Below, piece by piece: positions 20,101-28,765 of a DNA stretch of 64,000 nucleotides. A model generated the notes under the pieces. It had not been told where the DNA came from. It searched no databases and saw only the letters and a program-made list of their open reading frames with translations. The stretch lies in IMG/VR virus record IMGVR_UViG_3300009610_000004. One strand, 5' to 3'. Made by a program: the position numbers and the translations under genes. This DNA comes from an uncultured virus (IMG/VR IMGVR_UViG_3300009610_000004). Its lineage: Duplodnaviria > Heunggongvirae > Uroviricota > Caudoviricetes. How positions within the stretch are numbered: the stretch's first letter is position 1; every line of letters starts with the position of its first letter.

Positions 20101-23100
20101 CTCCTTGATGATCTTCGCGGCGATGTCCTTGACCTTGATGCGGCCCGCCGACCACTCGCCCAGGAGCGTGCGCGCGGTGTCCTTCACGAATGTCTTGTCG
20201 GTAATCTCGGTCGCGGGTTGTGCGCGGGAAGCCTTGAGGTCTAGTCTTCCTTCGCCTTCTCCGCGCCCTTCTTCCACTGCGCCTTCAGGGCCCTCGCGAA
20301 CGCCTCGTTCTCGTCCTGGCCCAGGAGCCTCGCCCTCTCGGCCGCCAGTTGGGCCGCGTTGAAGTTCTCCACCGCGCTCCGGCTCAACCCCGGTGCGCCC
20401 ACTATCTTTCTCGGCCTTTGTTTCTCTGCCACGGAATGCCTCCTTCACCGCTCCGGCCTTCATGTACCGGAACAGAACAATGACGTCTTCACCGTGCTCG
20501 GCGATCAGGGCCGCCCGGTATGCCTGCGCTATTTCAACCCGCTCATCCAGCGTAAGACCCATGTCCTGGCCGGCCAGAATCTTCGCGGTGATCTCGTCGA
20601 AATTCTCCAAGACGTCGAACTCGTACAACTGCTCGTGAACCAGATAAGTCCACGCCTTTTTGAAGAGCGCCGTCTTCATCAGGTCATGGATGGCCTTCTC
20701 CTTCAGCGGGGCCTTCCGCTGGGCGGCGTGCAGCCTCTCCTCGTAAGCCACCGTCTTTGTGGAGAGAGTAGCTTTTCTCTCTTTGTTAACGAACAGCGGT
20801 CGCTTCTTGTCGGCCAGTACAACGTCCATCCCCTCCGGGTTCTGCTTCCGGAACTCGGTGATGTCGGCGTGCAGCTTGTCCAGTACGGCGTTTGCTTCGG
20901 GGCTCAGTCTGAGGCCGAGGTGTTTTTCGAGGTCACCGAGGATGATGTTGTAGTCACTGGCACCGAAGTTCGCGCCGCCCAGCGCGCGGCCCGCGATCCA
21001 CATGAAGATCCGCATCCCGTCATGGTTCGCGTACACAACGCCAATGTTCTTGCCTTTGGGGAACCGGATCTTCGCGTGCTCGATCATCCAGCTATTGCCA
21101 CGGTTGGCATAGACGGATCCTCCCGGATGGGTGTCCGGGTCCATCAGACCGGCCTGTTTAACGTCCGTCTTCTTCTTGCCCACGAACCCGGCCAGCGCGT
21201 CCTTGGCCCGATCGAAGGCCGACTTCTTCTCCGGCGAAGTCACCTTGCCCGGGCCCGGCAGTAGTCCTGCCCCAGTGGTAGCCCGCTTCAGGGCCTCTCG
21301 GGCATTCTTCAGATCTTCAAACGCACCCGCGTGCTCGGCAACCGTTTTCAGTCTAGTAACTGCTTCCAGCCTGCGAACCGCGGCCCGCAGTCTTTGGATT
21401 ACGGCCTCTGTTGCCGCTGCGGTTTCGCGAGACTTGGTCTCCCGTTTTCGGTCTTCAGCCTCTTCGGCCTCTCTTGCCTCCCTTGCCTCCCTACGCTCTT
21501 CGGATTCCCAGACGGCATCTCGCTCGCGATAGAGAGCCGCCAGTTTTTCCGGCATTGGTTGCCAGCCTGGAGGGAAGTCTTTTGCCTCGTTGACGCTCGG
21601 ATCGTAGAGGCGAATAACCTGTTGTTCCGACATCCCACCGGCCACCAGGCGGTCTTCTTCAGCGTCAATGTCGCGCTGGATGTCGTCGTAGTCCCGCCCT
21701 TCGGGCGAGCTCGGCTTGCCGGGCTCATCATCCTGGAGGATCGAGGCTTTGGGCTTGGGCCTGGGCTTTGGCTTGGCCGCTTCCTTGGCCTTCTTCGTCG
21801 GACGCCACTCACTAGAAGTCAGGTCGTAGTCGATGAGGCCATCCTGCTGAAGAGCGGTGATGGCCTCCATGTACTCGGCCCGTCTCTTTGTCCAGGCTGG
21901 CGAGTTGGATAGCTCGTGCGCGTCCCGGCCACGCCCAATGTCCTTGAGAACCTCGGCCTCGATCTTGGCATTCCGCTTGACCGGCTCAACCTTGATTCCG
22001 TGCTCATCCTCAAGCGATTCGACGGCCTTAGCCTCTTGTTCTGGCGAGGTGACTTTGCCCGGCTGCTCCTCCTTGGCGGGCATCGCCACTACCTTGCCCT
22101 TGCCCTTCTTGGGGGCGGCGGCCGGCGCGGCGGCGACTGGGGCCTTCGCCGCGACCTGGGCGGGAACCCTGAGCATCGTCCGGGGCTGGTCCTTCCCTTC
22201 CCGCGCCAGTCCTTTGGACAAAAAGAAGATAGTGTCCCTGATGGCGTGACCGGCAACTTCAGCTTCCTGCTCCGACATGCCGGTATGCGTCATCGCGAAC
22301 TCGAGGTGTTGGCGCTGCCTCCCCGATTTCACGTCCCGCGGCGGCGTCGTGGGATTGCCGCCAGCCGCGATGTAGAGGGCCCGGTCGAGATCGGATTCGA
22401 AGTCCAGGTCAAGCCAGCCATAACCAGTCTGGTCGTCGGCCAGGGCGGGCGGGAGCTTCGGGAACGGCCCCTCGGCTTTGGCTTTTTTGGCCTCGGCCTC
22501 TTTCTCCTTCTCCTTCTCGTCGCGCTCGGTCTTCTTCTTTGCGGCCAGCTTGTCGGCGGCGGCGGCTTTCTTCTTGGCCTCCCTGGCATCCCGATCCTGC
22601 TCGTAGGTGACTGGTTTACCCCGTTCCTGCTCCACCTGGAACTTTTCGCGCTCGGCCAGCACTCGCTCCTGGTGGAGCCAAGCCGCAGTGTCGGCGATCT
22701 CGCGGAGTGTCTGCCCGGTAAACTTACGCAGTTGAGCGAGTTGGACGACTTGTGACCACGGCGGTAGCTCAGTTTTGAAGGAAGGCGGTAGCTCGGCTTT
22801 GAAGGTGGTCTGATACCAGTCCGGTTCCTGGCTGATGTCCTCGATGAAGGGAGCTACGGCTTCTCCCCCCGTCAGGCGAGTGGGCTTGGGCTCGGGCGAA
22901 GTGACCTCGCCGGGCTGAACTTTGACAACTTCAGTTGACGGTGCCGCAACCTGGGTTGTCTTCCCCTTGCCCTTGCCCTTCTTCGGCGGCTGCTCTGCCT
23001 TGAACTTCTCGAACTTCGCGTCTTCCCTCACGCGGTCGAGATCCTTGACCCGCTCCCAGCCCGGGCCGTAGGCTTGCAGCACGTCCTGGATCAGGGCTTC

Positions 23101-26019
23101 GAGTTGCTTCGCCTTGGCGGGATTCTTGGCCTTGGCCTCCTTCAGGGCTGGCCTGACTCTCTTCTTGTCATTCAGGATGTGAATGCCAACTGTGTAATTT
23201 GGCGCGACGTTTCCTACGATCGGCTTGATGCCGATATCCCGCATCAGAGCCTCAATGGCGTCGGTGGCATCGCCGAGGATCGCGCGGCCCTCGTCGGCGG
23301 TCTGGGCGGCATCCATCCTGGCGGTGAAGGAGGTGGCCTGTGGAGCCGGTGGAGCGGGTTTGGGCTCCTCCAGCGACGTCGGCGCCGGTTCCTTCTTCTC
23401 GCGGGCGGCGCGTTCGGCCTCGATCTCCCTTTCGGCCCGGGCTATGGCGGCCGGCTTGTGGAACGCCTGCTCCTGCTCCCACGCACGAACCTGATCCCGT
23501 AACAGGGAGCCCTCGTGCGTGTCGGCCCGGTAGGTGGGAGTCTTCACAACCTCGGCGATATGCTTGGTGATCGCGTCGTATTCGATCGCAGAGGGTTGCT
23601 TCGAGACCTCCCCTTGAGCAGGTAAGGTAGGAGCAGCCTTCTGTCCTTTCGGCCAGCGAACAGCGTGGACTACATCGCCCCTGGTACTGAGTTGGATGGT
23701 TGCCGCTGGGGCCTTTGCCGTTGGAGCAGGCTTGGCCCGCTCCAATGCTGACGGCGGTGGTTCTAGTCCCTGTTGTCCCTCCTCCTTTCCTTCAGGTGCG
23801 GGCGGGTTCTTCCTGTACTCCGCAACCAGATCCTGCATGGCCCCGATTGCGGTCGTATGGACCTTCCCGTTGCCGCCTTCGACGATGAAGCCACCCGGTG
23901 CGGATACTACCCTCTCAGGTTTGATGCCCGGGTAGCGCGATTCTAACTGTTGCGCAATCTTTGGTTCGAGGCCAGGCGCGGCCACTACCGGCGGCGTAGG
24001 AGGTGTAGGAGGAGCGACTGTAGGTGGTGTAGGAGCCTTAACCTTAGGCTTGCCCGCCTTGGCCTGCGGCGCTCCTCCGACCAGCCCGCTGATCACCGCG
24101 TCCGGATCGATGCCCCGCTTGGCGGCTACCCGGCGGAAGCGGTCGATCGCCGCCTGGGCGTCGGCGGCGAGGTCGGCGTACCCGGGCTCCTGGCCGGTGA
24201 GAGTCTGGAGCGTATCCAGCGCGGTTTTCAGGCTGGCGAGAACTTGGGGAGGCACTTCCCCCCGCGACCGCTGGAACTCGGCGATGACCTCCTGCTCAAG
24301 CTCCTCGGGAGTCTTCTCCGAGGTGATCTTGGACTCGCCGCCGCGCTCGCCTTTCAACGCGACATTGGTGAAAACGGTGCCGCCAGCCTTGGTTTGCTTG
24401 GGAGCGAAAACGCCTTCCTCGACGAGGCGATCGAGAATCTGCCGGGCCCCGTCGCGCGTGACGTTGAACTTCTTCACCAGGGCGCTTACGCCAAGCTCCG
24501 GGAAGTTCGAGGCAAAGGCTTTGGCTTCGTCGTAGACCGCCGCCGGGTCGGCGATCGGCCGCTGGACCGGTCCCGGCGTCGGCACAAGGCTCGTCGGATC
24601 CTGCTGGAAGGTAGCGCCAGGAACGGGGACCGGTCCTTCGGGGGAAGTGACCGTGCCAGGGGCCTGCTGGCCGGGCTGCCTCCCCGCCCGCTGATCCATG
24701 TAGTCCTTGACCGGATTGAGATGCCGCTCGGCCTCCAGGAACGCACGGGCATCGCGGGAGTGCTTGGCCTCGGAAACCTGCTGGACGGTACCACCGCCCC
24801 AGCCGGGGACCATTCCGGCGGCGGCATCGTTGAAGATCTTCCAGAACAGTTCGGTGGCGTTCGGGACTACGCCGCCCATGACGTAGTTGGCGAATTCCGA
24901 TACAGCGGTCTGGGCTCCCTCGGTTATGCCTTCTCCCAGTCCCTCGAGCCCCGCCAAACCGGCCCGTTTCATGACGCTCATTCTCTTGGCGGTTTCCTCC
25001 AGGATTTCCTTGAGGGTTTGCTGGACCGGAACCTTCTTGAGAGCAGATACAATCCGCGTCGGCTCCCAGTTTTCCAGCCACGAAGACGGGAATCCGAAGA
25101 GCACGGCCCCCTTCGAGGCAGCCTCTTCACTGTGGCCCTGTTCCTCAAGATTCCGTTTGATCTCCCCGGCGCTCATCAGGTAGGTGATCACCTTGCCGAA
25201 GAGCGGGTTAATACCAGTGGCCACCGCGCTGGTGATGATGCTCGGCGCTCCCTGCCCCAGCGACTCGATTCCCCACTGAGCCGCCCCGTGCAGGCTAGGA
25301 TCTGCCAAGACCTCCTGGGCACTGGGCCGCTTGGTGTATTCCTGATTCGTCGGCTGCATGTACCGGCCAACGTCATAAACGGTGTTGAACACCGATTGCA
25401 TCCTTGGGCTTCCAGGGAATGCCGACCGGCCAGTTTCTCCTACTGCCTCAAGTCCTTCTCCGATATTGGCCGGCTGTTGACGCCAACCCTCGGCCCACGC
25501 GCCGCCGCCGCTCTCTAAGAGCCCACGGTTTTCCGGTTGCGGCCCCCAGTCCGGTCTTACATCCGGCGGGGTATAGTACTTCGCCGCACGGTGGGTGCCC
25601 CTGATCGGCGGCTCCTCGTATCGAAGCGGCGCTCCGAAGGTTTGCTGGGAAGGTGGCAGGGGACGAGGGTTGACTGGCGGGCCGCCGAGCCCCGGCGGGA
25701 TCCTGGGGCCCTGCACGCCAGGGAGGCCGGTCTGCGCGGTGCCGGGTACGTCCGAGAACGGGGGAGGAGCATAGCCGGAGCTCGGGAAAGTGCCCGCCGG
25801 GCCCATCGAGGACGGAGCCATCGCCGGAGACGCGCCCGTCCCAGGCAGTTCCATTCCCTCAGGCTTGTTGAGTTCGCCGATTATCTCCTGGTCGGTGTAG
25901 CCATCCTGCCGGGCCTTGAGGGCATTGAAGTTATTCTGACCCGCAAGGAAGTCAGCGATCTCCGGATCGGTCCATCCATCTCGCCTCGCTCTATCAAGGT
26001 CAAACCGGGGTTTAGCCAT
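14194..26019 (-). CDS. giant polyvalent internal virion (ejection) protein, ~3940 aa
   Basis: N-terminal FDLDRARRDGWTDPEI tandem motif, FtsK-gamma-like wHTH, two zincin-like repeats, HhH-GPD-like domain, LPD38-like C-terminus (RRNLIPFWSFQ); ATG 26019 follows upstream stop. Confidence 0.85.
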   Translation of the reverse strand: MAKPRFDLDRARRDGWTDPEIADFLAGQNNFNALKARQDGYTDQEIIGELNKPEGMELPGTGASPAMAPSSMGPAGTFPSSGYAPPPFSDVPGTAQTGLPGVQGPRIPPGLGGPPVNPRPLPPSQQTFGAPLRYEEPPIRGTHRAAKYYTPPDVRPDWGPQPENRGLLESGGGAWAEGWRQQPANIGEGLEAVGETGRSAFPGSPRMQSVFNTVYDVGRYMQPTNQEYTKRPSAQEVLADPSLHGAAQWGIESLGQGAPSIITSAVATGINPLFGKVITYLMSAGEIKRNLEEQGHSEEAASKGAVLFGFPSSWLENWEPTRIVSALKKVPVQQTLKEILEETAKRMSVMKRAGLAGLEGLGEGITEGAQTAVSEFANYVMGGVVPNATELFWKIFNDAAAGMVPGWGGGTVQQVSEAKHSRDARAFLEAERHLNPVKDYMDQRAGRQPGQQAPGTVTSPEGPVPVPGATFQQDPTSLVPTPGPVQRPIADPAAVYDEAKAFASNFPELGVSALVKKFNVTRDGARQILDRLVEEGVFAPKQTKAGGTVFTNVALKGERGGESKITSEKTPEELEQEVIAEFQRSRGEVPPQVLASLKTALDTLQTLTGQEPGYADLAADAQAAIDRFRRVAAKRGIDPDAVISGLVGGAPQAKAGKPKVKAPTPPTVAPPTPPTPPVVAAPGLEPKIAQQLESRYPGIKPERVVSAPGGFIVEGGNGKVHTTAIGAMQDLVAEYRKNPPAPEGKEEGQQGLEPPPSALERAKPAPTAKAPAATIQLSTRGDVVHAVRWPKGQKAAPTLPAQGEVSKQPSAIEYDAITKHIAEVVKTPTYRADTHEGSLLRDQVRAWEQEQAFHKPAAIARAEREIEAERAAREKKEPAPTSLEEPKPAPPAPQATSFTARMDAAQTADEGRAILGDATDAIEALMRDIGIKPIVGNVAPNYTVGIHILNDKKRVRPALKEAKAKNPAKAKQLEALIQDVLQAYGPGWERVKDLDRVREDAKFEKFKAEQPPKKGKGKGKTTQVAAPSTEVVKVQPGEVTSPEPKPTRLTGGEAVAPFIEDISQEPDWYQTTFKAELPPSFKTELPPWSQVVQLAQLRKFTGQTLREIADTAAWLHQERVLAEREKFQVEQERGKPVTYEQDRDAREAKKKAAAADKLAAKKKTERDEKEKEKEAEAKKAKAEGPFPKLPPALADDQTGYGWLDLDFESDLDRALYIAAGGNPTTPPRDVKSGRQRQHLEFAMTHTGMSEQEAEVAGHAIRDTIFFLSKGLAREGKDQPRTMLRVPAQVAAKAPVAAAPAAAPKKGKGKVVAMPAKEEQPGKVTSPEQEAKAVESLEDEHGIKVEPVKRNAKIEAEVLKDIGRGRDAHELSNSPAWTKRRAEYMEAITALQQDGLIDYDLTSSEWRPTKKAKEAAKPKPRPKPKASILQDDEPGKPSSPEGRDYDDIQRDIDAEEDRLVAGGMSEQQVIRLYDPSVNEAKDFPPGWQPMPEKLAALYRERDAVWESEERREAREAREAEEAEDRKRETKSRETAAATEAVIQRLRAAVRRLEAVTRLKTVAEHAGAFEDLKNAREALKRATTGAGLLPGPGKVTSPEKKSAFDRAKDALAGFVGKKKTDVKQAGLMDPDTHPGGSVYANRGNSWMIEHAKIRFPKGKNIGVVYANHDGMRIFMWIAGRALGGANFGASDYNIILGDLEKHLGLRLSPEANAVLDKLHADITEFRKQNPEGMDVVLADKKRPLFVNKERKATLSTKTVAYEERLHAAQRKAPLKEKAIHDLMKTALFKKAWTYLVHEQLYEFDVLENFDEITAKILAGQDMGLTLDERVEIAQAYRAALIAEHGEDVIVLFRYMKAGAVKEAFRGRETKAEKDSGRTGVEPERGGELQRGPTGGREGEAPGPGRERGVREGPEGAVEEGRGEGEGRLDLKASRAQPATEITDKTFVKDTARTLLGEWSAGRIKVKDIAAKIIKEHGAKARQIGEQVAALVQDWIRKPIRHHIKEVSTAQPFGPNKLADPDKDLVVTGVHNARQDPVFVEKSVGLMLKYVDFKDIKGLTPNAAVEKIIGRLVDNLLWLHDKYVDLGFAERARLWYDGGRKKVVANAKQYGTTIEQAAGVLAGFSPQKDWFQNVDMARRFHEWWNQRHELKWTPEMEAIYENKILPDKEDGDRKTIRKRERKYQKDRAEYPGKIAEWKAKIAEARRNKVPVQDRPKKPKRPKRKPFTPTTTLQENYAAMKGKAAIEVTDVPSMAIWFRMWDEAHNKRDYRVLTPEGAWGDVMMVEEKDGSLRPAEMAWSGYEYMEKAIRIMQDGSINNISDQLGDRHKVRNFYNNLLDPNSPNGHITCDTHAVCAGLLRPLGGSAVEVNHNLGNGVQSRKIGELGTYWIFAEAYRRAARQRQILPREMQSITWEATRGLFTGKKSEAYNNWASALWGKVSDGKLTAKEARKQLYAHFKGIDPPAWSAEGRAISRAGSDEEEGGAADEAAVSESRPVGDERPGSGRAPGGRRGTGAAGGVPSSGLPVGRGRRGRIGKASLLLDDAPSDFDADSLNASLTDPALQADKPIEDDAQLVESLGKMKFAFRPPAQPGKRHRERYASGTVYMNSAASNVLAKMFKFNGLDGVNVVQPNVQFMLDMYKWYDTNVPGIDADARWAMTQINHELTKWLRTAQADDSLQFVKVDDRQTKKFKRVKRATGREEKIHGAQAKAPLSTKVMDDLLATPVFKKLLDVLMNETHGAYDYLKGLTPDEMIKGQFKEITAKVLASNPFGHGLINLDDRIEVAIAYREALIEAHGKDVVLLFRYVHASPVKEAFRATKPVSTLAQTMASFRAEADRRKAAGEIPGGPLPSAVSPQPQQQQQSQAAPVAPQQTDASSVPVSPLFEQHREIQKEARKPIDKTRLQKFTEAWDNIKHALTRQFMHLEGGAKYAELKQFLNRVSKSKGTTIHRAAQAIIDQLEKLDDTEYTHFLETVAYNDLVARVMEDTKRSGTAIDPKDLPWKIKSKAHLFALRKEAHDRAMANPKIVEALNKREAIWKTVKAEYIAAMAKMGYDVSKTVSRKDYFRHRVLKHEELKDAIGQPGTGAGQRYKLPTGRSWLKMSSVNVNEYSLDYIGSEFEVLHQMMYDTVRAEFLGWLKDKSGHNQSRAIRRQAAAANKATIMPHFDAMARNHNRQNPGTKKLDGEAMYRRVMNTKQAIAISKLQKLASGLKVPPKLQWVVDRLGRGQASIPDLMPLAAWLVADGKDVAAAEAAGLLLKGVADKRRLTKLMAGKKYIGTMKKAYNNLKGPGGVPWIKTHEMYKADQRDHFFFATTITDEVAKAIERDGSGEVLAAETKKQRVRGAEREQMILPREVIETLKEFMQPPSNKLLRGIDQIAHKPLSWWKTAKLIHPGSVIKYNLRNLSGDLEAVVTILPGALKHVGLSSKEIYEFMRTGRMPSQQFADWWSRGGMDANLQVHEMGDVNRLKKLSHLLISPETGIAGKGADLAVDAWEKVWGSTRAMTDYREGILRYATYIEFQKQIEASADGRPTTFAKSLRTEVMALRDKKDRAYKLSNDLMLAYDEVTAAGQWTRRNLIPFWSFQEKNAQGYWRLIKNAFEDGRTAAGIGYAALGGGSLALRTGVWTAIKIGRTVTTALALKTLTELFNHMFWPDEEEDLPESVRKSSHIVLGRDENGKVRVFSRLGLIDDVLEWGGLDASPYYVREYMNGRMTIEEMAWEMAKAGPNKLAQSITPYVKTTAELTSGKTWFPDFFNKREIRDRWEYLAREVGMVWPYHKFFSGKPQPPLSMEKVMDFIVYRYDANETQYNSFRYDRVPKYGLQNDIDISGGSPGGMSMKHAAAALYDIRMGLRYDDQNAVAAGMQEYVEAGGTRQNLMKSIDRLHPLGALSKAERQEYEDSLSPKDAAQLAKAVQYWEEHFNSKIDDLLDAAAEAELPGKKRRK

Positions 26020-26026
26020 CGTCGCT

Positions 26027-27517
26027 TCATTTGCTGCCGTAATACGAGCCGAGCGCTGGCTTAGGCTTCTGAGTGTTCCAGTCCCCGTAGGTGCCGGAAG
26101 ATTCAGCCCCTGGCCGGCCACCCGCCTGCTGCCCGGTTGGAACAGGTGGTGGCGCTGGGGCGGCGGGGGCCGGGGTCGGAGCGGGAGCCGGTGTCGGAGT
26201 GGACGCTTCAGGCTTCGGCGGGGTCCAATGCTTCAGCGCCTGTACATGCTTGTCGTAATCTGCCCGGCTGAGGTCTCCCAGCCTGAGTCTGGTCCCCAGG
26301 TTTTCAATCATTCTATCGGTGGCAGCGTTAAAGTTTTCGATCGCAGCTTGAGGAATTTCCGGCGGTTTACGGCTTATCTTCGCGGCTGCATACGCTTGCT
26401 TGAGCACCCCGGCAAATCTCGATCTGCGCTCGTTGAGCCCCATTTGTCCCGTCTGAGGATTGGTGTGCTCTTCTTCATATATTCCGTGAATTATCTTAGC
26501 CGTGCGCTCGGCTTGGAGTTGCTCCTGGTTCGCGGTCAACGCGCCCTGGAGCCCGGTGCCCGGTGCTCGGGGCCGCCAGATCCCGCGCTTCTTCACGTAG
26601 TTCCAGTACTCGGGAGTTCCCTCTTCGAAGCCCATGCCCGGGGCCTCTTCGGCGCGCTTTTCTTCGGCCTCGGCCTCTAACTCTGCTTTCGACTGCAGAG
26701 GATCTCCCAGGAATTCCTCGGTGCTCGTCTTGAACATCTGGCCGCGTCCTGCGGGGATGTACTCCTGTCTGGCAGCCGCTTTCTTCGCCAGTTCCCGCTG
26801 GTACGCTGCCTGGGCCCGGTTGTGCTCTGCCTGGGCATTGTTCTCATTGATCTGCGACTCCCACATGTCGCCCTGCCGGTCGGCTGTTTCTTCCAGGCGC
26901 TGCGCCGCCCGTTCGGCCACGGTCGCCTGGCGGTCCTGGATCCAGTCCTGATGCTTTTGCCGCCGCAGGCCGTACTTGGTCTGCAGGTTGCTCAACTCGG
27001 CATCGATCGCCTTGCCTTGGGTCTCCCAGAGGTCCATCGCCTGCTCGTATTTCGGCCGGCGCATCAATTGTTGCTGGCTGATCGGATCGACGTGAGTGCG
27101 GCGCCCGGCGTTGATGTACCCGGCAAACGCATTCGCGCCGGTCATCAGGGCCTTCTGCCATGTCGGTGGTTCGTACTGCTGATCGTGGAGCTGCGGCTTG
27201 CCCCTGGTCAGGGCATCCCGCTTGGCCGCCGCCGAGTTCCAGTCGTTTTCCCATGTCTGGTAAAACGGATCCTCCCCCGGATCAATATAGTTCTGCTTGT
27301 ACTTGGACATCGACCGGGGCAGCTTGGGGATACCGCGATCCATAGCTATTTCCGGCGGTGCGGCCCAGCCCTCAAAGGGCATCGGCGAGTCCGGTTGATA
27401 CTTGGCGAACTGGCTGGTGGTGGGTGCCGGTGAACGCGGAGCATATCGCTTCGACAGGGCGAACGGATCGTTGGGGTCGTCCTCCCCTTCCCAGTAGTTC
27501 GTCTGTGGGTAAGCCAT
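26027..27517 (-). CDS. putative internal virion/ejection protein
   Basis: 496 aa, Gln/Ala/Arg helical composition, immediately upstream of the giant protein. Confidence 0.6.
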   Translation of the reverse strand: MAYPQTNYWEGEDDPNDPFALSKRYAPRSPAPTTSQFAKYQPDSPMPFEGWAAPPEIAMDRGIPKLPRSMSKYKQNYIDPGEDPFYQTWENDWNSAAAKRDALTRGKPQLHDQQYEPPTWQKALMTGANAFAGYINAGRRTHVDPISQQQLMRRPKYEQAMDLWETQGKAIDAELSNLQTKYGLRRQKHQDWIQDRQATVAERAAQRLEETADRQGDMWESQINENNAQAEHNRAQAAYQRELAKKAAARQEYIPAGRGQMFKTSTEEFLGDPLQSKAELEAEAEEKRAEEAPGMGFEEGTPEYWNYVKKRGIWRPRAPGTGLQGALTANQEQLQAERTAKIIHGIYEEEHTNPQTGQMGLNERRSRFAGVLKQAYAAAKISRKPPEIPQAAIENFNAATDRMIENLGTRLRLGDLSRADYDKHVQALKHWTPPKPEASTPTPAPAPTPAPAAPAPPPVPTGQQAGGRPGAESSGTYGDWNTQKPKPALGSYYGSK

Positions 27518-27520
27518 GAC

Positions 27521-28750
27521 TTAGTAGCTGGCTGGTCCTCGGCCTCGTCCCATGCGGCCCATTCCGTACCCGCGCCTCATCGGTTGCGGCTGGAGACGCC
27601 CGCGCATGTTCTGCATCTCCATCGCGCGCATCAGGCGGTCACGCCCGCCGCCTTCGTTCTGGAGAGGCTGCACGTCCATCGCTGCGCCTTCGGGTTGTAG
27701 AGGAGGCTTCGGGGGCCCGCCCATTGAACCCATTGAGCCCTGCAGGCCCTTCATCGCTTGCTCCCACCGTGGGCCGGTGCCAGCGCCTTCCGGCAGCGCC
27801 TGAATGCTAGTCTCGCCGCCAGGAGGTGGTCCCTCGAGGCCGCCGCCAACTTCCGCGCCGACCGGGCCGACTCCGTAGCTGGCTACGCCTCGGGGCGGCG
27901 CTGGGCCGAACGCCCGGCTGCGGCGGTTGGCCAATTCTCGGTCACCAGCCACCATACCCCTGCCCCGGCCCGCCTCCCCATAGGTCGGATCGGTCGGAGT
28001 ATACCGGCCCCGCGCGTTTTGCATGTCGTAGGCGTCCTGCGCACTGGCCCGGTCTTCCTGCATGCTGCGTTCGTACCGGCCCCGGTCGGCCACCAAACGA
28101 TCAGCCATTTCCCCCGCATTGCCTTGACTCTCAATGGCGTGGATATTGCTCGGCGGCTGCGCCTGCGGATTAGCGGCCTGCTGGGCCGCGGCGGCTGCGC
28201 TCTCTTGCAGATCGCGCGGAATCGTGCCAGGGGCGAGGCCCACGCCCGCGCTGGGATCGTTCACCGGAGGCGGCGCTGCGGCTGGTGGCGGTGCAGCGGC
28301 GGCGGGTGGTGGGGCCGCTGCGGGAGGAGGCGCGGCTGCCGGAGGTGGTGCAGCGGGCGCGGCGGGTGGTGGGGCAGCGGGAGGTGGCGCAGCGGGCGCG
28401 GCTGGCTGATTGAATCGCGCGGCTTGGCTGGCCATCGACCACGGTTGAGGAGCTCCGGCCGCCGGAGGAGCCGCAGCCGGAGGCGCTCCTCCCGCTGGAG
28501 GAGATTGAGGTGCAGGAGGAGCGCCGCCCGGAGCCGGTGGTTGCCCTGCCACCGGAGGCCGTACCGCCGAGCCTGGGTTCTGCCACCAGCGGCCTTGCCC
28601 GCCGCCGGGTTGCTGGCCTTGCGCGCGTCCCATCGGACGCCGCGGCTGTTGAGGTTGTCCCATCGGTGCCTGGGCCTGCCCCATCGGTTTCGGGGCGGCT
28701 GGCGTGGCACCAGCGGCTGGCGGGAGATCGTTTTCCCAGTAAGATGGCAT
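27521..28750 (-). CDS. Pro/Ala/Gly-rich low-complexity protein (putative internal virion protein)
   Basis: PPPAAA repeats, AGAGGA SD, in ejection-protein cluster. Confidence 0.65.
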   Translation of the reverse strand: MPSYWENDLPPAAGATPAAPKPMGQAQAPMGQPQQPRRPMGRAQGQQPGGGQGRWWQNPGSAVRPPVAGQPPAPGGAPPAPQSPPAGGAPPAAAPPAAGAPQPWSMASQAARFNQPAAPAAPPPAAPPPAAPAAPPPAAAPPPAAAPPPAAAAPPPAAAPPPVNDPSAGVGLAPGTIPRDLQESAAAAAQQAANPQAQPPSNIHAIESQGNAGEMADRLVADRGRYERSMQEDRASAQDAYDMQNARGRYTPTDPTYGEAGRGRGMVAGDRELANRRSRAFGPAPPRGVASYGVGPVGAEVGGGLEGPPPGGETSIQALPEGAGTGPRWEQAMKGLQGSMGSMGGPPKPPLQPEGAAMDVQPLQNEGGGRDRLMRAMEMQNMRGRLQPQPMRRGYGMGRMGRGRGPASY

Positions 28751-28765
28751 CTTTGATTCCTCTTC

